The translations under genes and the position numbers were made by a program. A DNA stretch of 64,000 nucleotides, from positions 24,441 to 88,440 of the forward strand of contig CACBCD010000003.1 of the NCBI GenBank assembly GCA_902537725.1, read 5' to 3'. Of this stretch, positions 1 to 7,914 are shown one piece after another. The notes beneath the pieces are model-generated. The model searched no databases and was not told where the DNA came from. It was given only the letters and a program-made list of their open reading frames with translations. Origin of the DNA: an uncultured PS1 clade bacterium. GTDB taxonomy: Bacteria > Pseudomonadota > Alphaproteobacteria > MED-G09. How positions within the stretch are numbered: the stretch's first letter is position 1; the number at the start of each line of letters is the position of its first letter.

Positions 1-1
1 G

Positions 2-1021
2 TGTGGTTTATCGAGAAATTTTTATGAACTTTTATTCGCGAGAATGGGAGTTGGAGCAGGAGAAGCAGCTCTTTCTCCTGCAGCATGGTCCGTTCTTGCA
101 GATTATTTCAGGCCTGAGAGACTTTCGTTTCCTATAAGTATTTATCTTATGGGTCCATATTTGGGTGCTGGTTTAGCTATGATTTTAGGTGCTTATGTTT
201 TAGATCTTACGTCTGGTCGCGAAGCAATATATATACCTTTAATTGGAAGTCTAGCTCCATGGCAAATTACTTTTATAATTGTCTCTCTGCCAGGTATAAT
301 TATTACTGGTTTACTCTTATCAGTGAAGGAGCCAAAACGTAAAAATATTAAATCTAACTCAGAAAAAATACCAAACTGGTCAGAAGTAATTTCATTTATG
401 CTTTTAAATAAAAGAATATATACTTCCCTTCATATAGCTACGCCCTTTTTAGTAATTATGCTTTACGGTTTACAGGCTTGGTCTCCTACAATTTTAGTAA
501 GAGTTTATGATTGGGAGCTCTCTGATGCTGGAAGAGTTTATGGTCTTATTGCATTATTCTTTGGTTCTACAGGGGTAATTTCTGGTCCTTTCCTATCTAA
601 AGTTTTAAAAAATTTATCTATAAGCTCATCTAGTTTAAAAGTATGTGTTTTAGGTGTTTCCTTAGCTGGAATATCAATATCTCTATTACCTTTTCAAAAT
701 GACTCCTTTTACGCACTTATTTGTATAGCTATAGCAAGCTTTTGCATTCCTTTACCGCTCGCTTTAGTTACTACAATTATGCAAGAGGTAACCCCAAATC
801 CCATGAGAGGTGTTGTAAATGGAATGTATGTAGTCTCAACAAATGTAATAGGCTTAGCTATTGGACCATTTTTAGTGGCTTTTGGAACTGACTATATTTT
901 TAATGATCCAAATTTAATTGCTTATTCTCTTAGCTTGGTTGCAGTTATAGTTGCTCCAATTGGAAGTATTTTATTTTGTATTGGAATAAAAGAATATAGA
1001 GAAAAATTTGAAACAGTCTAA
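2..1021 (+). CDS. MFS transporter (spinster-like), 5'-truncated by the window edge
   Basis: Frame is open from position 2 (CGLSRNFYELLFARMGVGAGEAALSPAA, MFS motif region); multiple hydrophobic helices; PNPMRG loop motif. Confidence 0.85.
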   Translation, partial: CGLSRNFYELLFARMGVGAGEAALSPAAWSVLADYFRPERLSFPISIYLMGPYLGAGLAMILGAYVLDLTSGREAIYIPLIGSLAPWQITFIIVSLPGIIITGLLLSVKEPKRKNIKSNSEKIPNWSEVISFMLLNKRIYTSLHIATPFLVIMLYGLQAWSPTILVRVYDWELSDAGRVYGLIALFFGSTGVISGPFLSKVLKNLSISSSSLKVCVLGVSLAGISISLLPFQNDSFYALICIAIASFCIPLPLALVTTIMQEVTPNPMRGVVNGMYVVSTNVIGLAIGPFLVAFGTDYIFNDPNLIAYSLSLVAVIVAPIGSILFCIGIKEYREKFETV

Positions 1022-1038
1022 TTTAAATTTATTGTTTA

Positions 1039-1128
1039 TGGCGGAGAGAGTGGGATTCGAACCCACGATACGATTGCTCGTATACTCCCTTAGCAGGGGA
1101 GCGCCTTCGACCACTCGGCCACCTCTCC
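1039..1128 (-). tRNA. tRNA-Ser(GCT)
   Basis: Minus strand GGAGAGGTGGCCGAGTGG...CTCCC-CT-GCT-AA-GGGAG...GGTTCGAATCC...CTCTCCGCCA; long variable arm; CCA encoded. Confidence 0.97.
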
Positions 1129-1211
1129 AATTAATATCGACAAAATGCCAATTTTACATCACTGTGTAAAGTATTTAGTGTATAATATAAAAATTAAAGG
1201 AATAATTTAAA

Positions 1212-1577
1212 ATGAATAATGATTTAACCGATGAACAAAAAAACATTCTTTACAATTCTGGAACAGAAATGCCTGGAACGAGTGATCTACTTTATGAAAA
1301 AAGATCTGGCACATATGTAACTGCTGATAAGGGTTTACCTGTTTTTAGATCCGAAACAAAATTCGAGTCAGGAAGTGGATGGCCAAGTTTTTATGACGTC
1401 ATTGAGGAGAATATTATTCTTAAAAAAGATACATCTCATGGAATGATAAGGGAAGAGATTCTATCGAAAGAAGGTGAGCATTTAGGTCATGTTTTTGAAG
1501 ACGGACCAAAACCAACTGGCTTAAGGTATTGTATAAATGGTTTAGCCTTAAAATTTATTCCTGACGAAAACGATTAA
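1212..1577 (+). CDS. msrB: Peptide-methionine (R)-S-oxide reductase MsrB, zinc-free single-Cys form
   Basis: KFESGSGWPSF, HLGHVF and GLRYCING motifs. Confidence 0.93.
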   Translation: MNNDLTDEQKNILYNSGTEMPGTSDLLYEKRSGTYVTADKGLPVFRSETKFESGSGWPSFYDVIEENIILKKDTSHGMIREEILSKEGEHLGHVFEDGPKPTGLRYCINGLALKFIPDEND

Positions 1578-2248
1578 TCATAATTTACATTCAGTATATA
1601 ACTACATGCAAACGGGCATAAAGCTATTGATAAACCACTAAGGCCCGCCAGTATTAATACTTGTCTCATAAATAAATCTTCAAACCCAATATACATTAAA
1701 GATGAAATTGCTCCTGATCCAAAAATTAATATCGGTATAAAAAATGGAAAAATTATAAGAGGAATAAGTAAGTTATGTTGTTTTAAAGATAAAGTTAGAG
1801 AAGAACCTAAAATACCAATAAAACTTAAAGAAGGGGTTCCTAGAATAAGAGAAAAAATTAAATAAATCAGTAAATTAGGAGGAAAATTTAAGAATATACT
1901 TAAAATTGGTGTAACAATTATTAAAGGTAAAAAATTTGAAATCCAATGAACAAGTGCCTTTATAAAACATATCTCTACAATAGATAAAGGACCTATTTTA
2001 AATAGATCAAGTGTTCCATCGTTAAAGTCTTCGTAAAAAATATTATTTAGAGAAAGTAAAGATGTTAATATAATTGAAACCCATACTAAACCTGGGGCTA
2101 TAGATGATATAAAGCCTTTATTTGGCCCTACTCCTATAGGCAATAGAATTATAGAAATTGAAAAAAATGCTAAAGATAAAATATAACTTCCCTTAAGGTT
2201 AAAAGACCCCTTTATTTCTCTATAAAATAACAATTTTAAATTTTTCAT
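1574..2248 (-). CDS. ccmB: Heme exporter protein B
   Basis: APGLVW, FYEDFNDGTLDL, LILGTPSLSFIG and LLIPLIIFP..IPILIFG motifs; adjacent to ccmA. Confidence 0.93.
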   Translation of the reverse strand: MKNLKLLFYREIKGSFNLKGSYILSLAFFSISIILLPIGVGPNKGFISSIAPGLVWVSIILTSLLSLNNIFYEDFNDGTLDLFKIGPLSIVEICFIKALVHWISNFLPLIIVTPILSIFLNFPPNLLIYLIFSLILGTPSLSFIGILGSSLTLSLKQHNLLIPLIIFPFFIPILIFGSGAISSLMYIGFEDLFMRQVLILAGLSGLSIALCPFACSYILNVNYD

Positions 2249-2249
2249 T

Positions 2250-2837
2250 CTATTTATCCATATTTATATGAAAATCATATTTTTTCAAAAAATCATTATG
2301 TGATGATATTACAGCTATTCCTCCGAATTTATTATGTTCATCAATTAACTCTTTTAAGAGAGAAACACCCTCTTTATCTAAGGATGATAAAGGCTCATCA
2401 AGGAGCCAAATTGATTTTTTTGAAACTAATAATCGAGAAATTGCAAGTCTTTGTTTCTGACCCTGAGATAAATATTTACATTTTAGAGATTTATAATTTT
2501 TTAAACCAACTCTTTTAAGGACATTCTCGAAATTTTTATAATTATAAATTGAGGACCAAAAAAGTAAATCCTCGTATGGTGTCACTTCTTCCTTAATACC
2601 CAATCTATGACCAAGAATATAGAAATTATCTTCGAGTGTATTCATGTTATTGTATTCTATTGAGCCATAGCTAATTGGTATCAGACCAGCCAAAACTCTA
2701 AGAAGAGTTGTTTTTCCAGATCCATTTGAACCTGAAAGCAAACATACATCCCCCTCGTTTAAATCGAAAGATATGTCACTGAAAATTTTATTACCAGATC
2801 TGTAACAAGCTAAATTTGATACATTTAATTTTCTCAT
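2250..2837 (-). CDS. ccmA: Heme ABC exporter ATP-binding protein
   Basis: Walker A GSNGSGKTT, LSQGQKQR signature, IWLLDEP, ISSH; ccm context. Confidence 0.93.
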   Translation of the reverse strand: MRKLNVSNLACYRSGNKIFSDISFDLNEGDVCLLSGSNGSGKTTLLRVLAGLIPISYGSIEYNNMNTLEDNFYILGHRLGIKEEVTPYEDLLFWSSIYNYKNFENVLKRVGLKNYKSLKCKYLSQGQKQRLAISRLLVSKKSIWLLDEPLSSLDKEGVSLLKELIDEHNKFGGIAVISSHNDFLKKYDFHINMDK

Positions 2838-2838
2838 A

Positions 2839-5112
2839 TCAGTTATCTCTATGTCTTTTTTGATATTTAATGATTATAAATAAACCCATCATTAAAAATA
2901 AAAAGGGCGCTATCCATAAAAGGAGTGTATTATTTTTAAAAGGTGGCCTCATGATTATATAATCTCCGTACCTTTCTCTAAAATAATTATAGATACTCTC
3001 ATCAGTTTCATTATTTAAAACTTTTTTTCTTACAATATCTCTGAAGTCTTTTGCCAAGGGTGAATTTGACTCGTCTATAGTTTGAGACTCACAAACCAGG
3101 CATCTTATATTTTGATTGATATATTTTATTCGACTCTCAATTTGTTCAGCTTCATAAATACTAATATTGTCTGAATAAGAATTTATTGGATAAGAAAATA
3201 AAAGAATAAATAAAAAAAATAGATATCTAAAGTTTGGCTTGAATTTAATTTTACCTAATAAAGATAGTAATCCACCTAAAGAAGTAATCAATGCACCAAT
3301 CCAAATAAGAGAAATCATAGGTTTAAACCAAATTCTAACCATCCACTCATCCGAATTAATTTTTTCTCCCAAAATTATATAAACATGTGAAAAATATTTT
3401 GAATAAATTCCTGCTTCAGTTGTCATTGATTTTTCCACTGGGTAAAATCTTTTTTCAGCACTTAACTTTATAATTCTTCCCGCATTCTCTAATGAAAAAC
3501 TCCCGGTAGAATTTATATAGTTTGGTCCATTTCCATCTTCAACATTTAAAAATCTAACTTTATAATTTCCAATTTTTAAATTTTCATTTAATGACATAGG
3601 TCCTTCATATTGTTTTTGAGACGATATGGAGATAGAGCAGCCAAGAATTAAAACTCCTAGTCCTGAGTGACCAAAAAAAGAGGAAAGGCTTATTTTTTTT
3701 CTTCTATTAACAAGCCCATAGACAGAGCTCAAAAGAATCCAAAATGATACGAAAACTCCTATATTTGAGAAAATATTTTGAACATCGAAATAAATATAAA
3801 AAATCAAAGTAAGAAATAATGATAATAAGAATAATATAAGAATTTTCGCATACTCAAAATTAGTTTTAAGTTTTCCCCAAGGAAGGAATATCGCCATCGA
3901 TGCTAAAATTGTAAATAAAAAAATTATTGGAATTACAGTAATTGTGTAAAAAGGAGGTCCTACTGATATTCTATCTCCAGAAAATATTTCAAGTATCATT
4001 GGATATATTGTTCCAATGAAGATAGTCAAAGCTGAAACAATTAATAGCAAATTATTAATAATCAGAAAAAAATCTTTACTAAGAAGATTATATTTAACCA
4101 ACTGATTAGTTTTAATAGGCTTAATTGCAAAAACAAATAAACTTCCTACTATATATATGGCAATTAAAGATAAAATAAATATTCCTCTATCAGGATCATT
4201 TGCAAAAGCGTGAACTGAAGTTAGCAATCCTGATCTAACAATAAATGTTCCAACCATAGATAATGCAAATCCCAAAATTGATAATAATATGCACCAATTT
4301 ACTAATATGCCTCTTTTTTCCATCACTATAATTGAGTGCATTAGAGCTGTTGCAACTATCCAAGGAATAAGAGAGGCATTTTCTACAGGGTCCCAAAACC
4401 AAAAACCGCCCCAACCTAACTCATAGTATGCCCAATAAGAACCTAAGGTGATACCTATTGAAAGAAAAATCCAAGATACGATAACCCATGGTTTTGTTTT
4501 TGTTGCCCAATTTTTATCAAAACTCTCATTAAAAAGTCCTGCTAATGCAAAAGACCAAACAATTGATAGACCAACATATCCTAGATATAAAAAAGGTGGA
4601 TGAAATGCTAATCCAGGATCTTGTAATAGAGGGTTTAAACCAATACCCTCCTCTGGAATTGGAAATAATTTTTCAAATGGATTTGATTTAAATTTTAAAA
4701 AAACAATAAAACCAAAACATAAAATACCCTGAAACATTAAAATTTTAGTTTTAAAATCTGATGATATTCTTTGAAAATTTAGGGTTACAAAAAAACCATA
4801 CAAAGACATGACCCAGCACCATAAAAGCATAGATCCTTCATGATTACCCCAAGAGCCAGATATTTTATAAATTAATGGTTTTGATGTATGAGAATTTGAC
4901 CAAACATTTAATAATGAAAAATCTGATTTTACATAAGCCAGTATTAAAATCATGAAAGAAATACTTAAAAGTACAAAACAAGTAGTTGAAATAGATGAAA
5001 TTAAATAATTAAGAGTTTTTTTATCAATTTTTTTTCCAAACAATGGAATTAAAAACTGTAATAATGATAAAATTCCTACAAATAAAATACTAAAATTAGC
5101 AAAATTAGTCAT
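2839..5112 (-). CDS. ccmF: Cytochrome c heme lyase CcmF fused in frame to CcmH
   Basis: WGNHEGSMLLW, HPPFLY, WGGFWFWDPVENAS and SVHAFA (CcmF); C-terminal RCLVCESQTIDESNSPLA...ERYGDYIIMRPP (CcmH LRCxxC domain). Likely start is the ATG at 5112, overlapping the ccmE stop, not 5133. Confidence 0.92.
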   Translation of the reverse strand: MTNFANFSILFVGILSLLQFLIPLFGKKIDKKTLNYLISSISTTCFVLLSISFMILILAYVKSDFSLLNVWSNSHTSKPLIYKISGSWGNHEGSMLLWCWVMSLYGFFVTLNFQRISSDFKTKILMFQGILCFGFIVFLKFKSNPFEKLFPIPEEGIGLNPLLQDPGLAFHPPFLYLGYVGLSIVWSFALAGLFNESFDKNWATKTKPWVIVSWIFLSIGITLGSYWAYYELGWGGFWFWDPVENASLIPWIVATALMHSIIVMEKRGILVNWCILLSILGFALSMVGTFIVRSGLLTSVHAFANDPDRGIFILSLIAIYIVGSLFVFAIKPIKTNQLVKYNLLSKDFFLIINNLLLIVSALTIFIGTIYPMILEIFSGDRISVGPPFYTITVIPIIFLFTILASMAIFLPWGKLKTNFEYAKILILFLLSLFLTLIFYIYFDVQNIFSNIGVFVSFWILLSSVYGLVNRRKKISLSSFFGHSGLGVLILGCSISISSQKQYEGPMSLNENLKIGNYKVRFLNVEDGNGPNYINSTGSFSLENAGRIIKLSAEKRFYPVEKSMTTEAGIYSKYFSHVYIILGEKINSDEWMVRIWFKPMISLIWIGALITSLGGLLSLLGKIKFKPNFRYLFFLFILLFSYPINSYSDNISIYEAEQIESRIKYINQNIRCLVCESQTIDESNSPLAKDFRDIVRKKVLNNETDESIYNYFRERYGDYIIMRPPFKNNTLLLWIAPFLFLMMGLFIIIKYQKRHRDN

Positions 5113-5596
5113 ATCCGTATGACCCCATCTCAAGAGACTCCGCTACCTCAGGTGGCATATAATTTTCATCATGTTTCGCTAAAACTGCCTCAGCTTCGAA
5201 ATAAACCTTATTATTTTGGGGAATGTACTCATTTAGATGTTTTAAAGAGTTTTTATTAATTCTCAAAAACCCTTCAGCAATTACACCCTGTCCTTCTTCA
5301 AAAAGATCGGGAAGTATACCTTTGTAAGTAACGAAAATTTCATTGCTATTGTCAGTAATTATAAAAAATACCTTTCTATTACTATCTCTACTAAAACTAT
5401 CTTCTAAAACCAAACCTCCCAATCTTATAAGAGATCCCTCTACAATTTCATTCTTAGAGACTTTTTCTAGCACCTCAGATGGAGAGTAAAAAAAGATAAC
5501 ATTATCTCTTAAGGCATATGTTATTAAAAAAATTGAAATAGATACAATTAGTAGTAAAGAAATTATTCTATAAACTTTTTTTCTTCTTTTAATCAT
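5105..5596 (-). CDS. ccmE: Heme chaperone CcmE
   Basis: FFYSPSE, IRLGGLV, GILPDLFEEGQGVIAEG and the heme-binding LAKHDENYMPPEV motif. Confidence 0.96.
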   Translation of the reverse strand: MIKRRKKVYRIISLLLIVSISIFLITYALRDNVIFFYSPSEVLEKVSKNEIVEGSLIRLGGLVLEDSFSRDSNRKVFFIITDNSNEIFVTYKGILPDLFEEGQGVIAEGFLRINKNSLKHLNEYIPQNNKVYFEAEAVLAKHDENYMPPEVAESLEMGSYGYD

Positions 5597-5723
5597 TTTT
5601 ATTAATTTCTTTAAGCCTTTTTTTTGAGTCTAAAAGGAATAGTTTTGACAAAAAAACAAGAAATATTAGGCTTATGAAACAAAAGCAATAGGCCGCCAAA
5701 ATATAAAATGAGTAGTCCCTCAT
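5589..5723 (-). CDS. ccmD: Heme exporter protein D (44 aa, not in ORF track)
   Basis: Manual translation MRDYSFYILAAYCFCFISLIFLVFLSKLFLLDSKKRLKEINKND*; aromatic N-terminus, one TM helix, charged tail; TAATG coupling with ccmC and overlap with the ccmE start. Confidence 0.85.
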   Translation of the reverse strand: MRDYSFYILAAYCFCFISLIFLVFLSKLFLLDSKKRLKEINKND

Positions 5724-6448
5724 TAGCTTTCCTTGTAAAACTTAATGTTATTAATATTAATCTTTCTTATATTTAATTCAGCTTGAAATCTTAAAATTAA
5801 AATATATAGAAAAAGAAATAAAAATGATAAAAACATAACAATTAGAGGAACTAACATATCAATATGAATCGATGGAGCGCTAAGTTTTGATATGCTAGCA
5901 GGTTGATGCAGAGTATTCCAATAGTCTACTGAGAATTTTATAATTGGTAAATTCACAATACCAATAATAGATAATATTGAAGAAAATTTTTCTCCTTTTA
6001 TAAAGTCTGTAAATGACTTTGAAAAAACAATATATCCAATATAAAAAAAGAAAAGAACTAAGACAGATGTTAGTCTTGCATCCCAAACCCACCATGTTCC
6101 CCACATTGGTTTTCCCCATATAGAGCCAGTAACTAAACATATTGCCGTAAAAGTTAATCCGATTGGTGCTGCTGCTCTTGCTAAGCAGAATGCTGTAACA
6201 TGTCCATATACCAAGCCAAAGAAGCTATTTATCGCTAAAAAAGAATAAATTAACATACTTAACCAAGCGGAGGGTGCATGAATATATAAAATTCTCACAG
6301 CATTACCTTGCTGATAGTCTATCGGAGAATTAAAAAAAGATAGCCAAAGACCAAATAGTAAAAGGATAAATGAAAAAAATGCAAACCATGGGGACAAAAA
6401 AATGGAAATTTTATTTAATTGTCCAGGGATTATAAAAATGTTCTTCAT
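5723..6448 (-). CDS. ccmC: Heme exporter protein C
   Basis: YIHAPSAW, WGKPMWGTWWVWDARLTS (WWD domain) and WNTLHQ motifs. Confidence 0.96.
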   Translation of the reverse strand: MKNIFIIPGQLNKISIFLSPWFAFFSFILLLFGLWLSFFNSPIDYQQGNAVRILYIHAPSAWLSMLIYSFLAINSFFGLVYGHVTAFCLARAAAPIGLTFTAICLVTGSIWGKPMWGTWWVWDARLTSVLVLFFFYIGYIVFSKSFTDFIKGEKFSSILSIIGIVNLPIIKFSVDYWNTLHQPASISKLSAPSIHIDMLVPLIVMFLSFLFLFLYILILRFQAELNIRKININNIKFYKES

Positions 6449-6561
6449 ATTCTTTATATTTTCTAAAAAATTTAATTTTTTACTTAACTATTATCAATAT
6501 TAATATAAATGTTTATATCGTATTTGTATTAAATAATTATAAAATATCGTATAGGTAATTT

Positions 6562-7905
6562 ATGGCTAAAAATATAGAGAAATATTTAAATGCTGAGAAG
6601 GTAGATATTTCAGAGTGGGAAAAAATTGCCTCTGCTGCTCTTAAAGGCGAGAGCTTAGATAACTTAAACAAAGAAATTGATAAGGATATATCAATCAAAC
6701 CTTTGTATACATCAGGCGATGAGGAAGAGGATTATAGTCTTTCTCTAAGAAGAGGCTTAAAAACTGAAATAAATGAGTATATGCCTTGGTACATATGTAC
6801 AACTGTGGATCATCACAAAGATACTAAGATCCTTAATGGAAGAATTTTAGGAGAACTCGAAAGAGGAAGTAACTCTGTAGAATTATCATACTTTGAAACT
6901 AATACATTAAGTAAAGTTTTAAATAATGTAGATTTAACTATTGCCCCTTTTTTTATAAGAAACATAAATTATTCTAAAGAAAATTTATTTAGTTATATCA
7001 ATTACTTAAGAGAAAATAATAATAAAAATCTTATGGGTGGTTATGAAATTGACCCCTTTGCATCAAACCTATGGCTAGATGAATTTTTAGAAAATAAAAA
7101 AAATGGGGATAAAATTAATCATAATGAAATTAAAATAATTCATGATGAAGTAAATGGAGAATTTAAAAATATAAATATTATTAACTTTGATGGTAGTTTA
7201 TGGAATGAACTAGGAGCAAATTCTTGTGAAGAAATTGAATTAATAGCTTTAAGTTTTTTAGAAATTTATAAAAATTCGAAAAAAGAGAATGAGTTTTTAA
7301 TCAATATAACTCTAGCATCTGATACTGATTTTTTTAAAACAATATCCAAAATTAGAGCTTCAAGAATAATTTTTAATAATATTTTTAAACATTATCACTT
7401 GAAATGCAATCTGAATATAACATCAAGAACCTCCTATGATATTTTATTTGAGAATGACCCTTGGGTTAATCAATTAAGAATAACAACAGCTGCACTAGCA
7501 TCTGCAATAGGAGGATCAAATAGAATAATTTGCAATAATATTACTCATAAACTTGGTCAGGCTCCTGATTTTATTAAAAGGTTAACAAGAAATACTCATA
7601 TAATTCTTCAAGAGGAGTCAAGAATATCAAGAGTTCAAGATCCATCAGGTGGTTCTTTCTATATTGAAAAACTTACTAATGATATTGCTAGAACTGCATG
7701 GGAGAGTATAAAGGAGAAAGAGAGTAATGGTGGAATATTAAACCTTATTAATTCAAAAGCTTTTAGAAAAAGCCTAAAAAATTCTCGAGATGATTATAAA
7801 AATAAAATTTTAGAAAAAAAATTAATTAAAGTTGGAGAAAACTCTTACAAAGATCCAGACTCTAATCCAATAAGTGTAAAACCATTTGAAAATAATAGTA
7901 TTTAG
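6562..7905 (+). CDS. mutA: Methylmalonyl-CoA mutase small (beta, non-catalytic) subunit, lacking the C-terminal domain
   Basis: DPWVNQLRITTAALASAIGG, RLTRNTHIILQEES and DPSGGSFYIEKLT mutase-barrel motifs; no catalytic RQYAGF or DxHxxG; directly upstream of the large subunit. Confidence 0.82.
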   Translation: MAKNIEKYLNAEKVDISEWEKIASAALKGESLDNLNKEIDKDISIKPLYTSGDEEEDYSLSLRRGLKTEINEYMPWYICTTVDHHKDTKILNGRILGELERGSNSVELSYFETNTLSKVLNNVDLTIAPFFIRNINYSKENLFSYINYLRENNNKNLMGGYEIDPFASNLWLDEFLENKKNGDKINHNEIKIIHDEVNGEFKNINIINFDGSLWNELGANSCEEIELIALSFLEIYKNSKKENEFLINITLASDTDFFKTISKIRASRIIFNNIFKHYHLKCNLNITSRTSYDILFENDPWVNQLRITTAALASAIGGSNRIICNNITHKLGQAPDFIKRLTRNTHIILQEESRISRVQDPSGGSFYIEKLTNDIARTAWESIKEKESNGGILNLINSKAFRKSLKNSRDDYKNKILEKKLIKVGENSYKDPDSNPISVKPFENNSI

Positions 7906-7914
7906 GAAAGTTCT

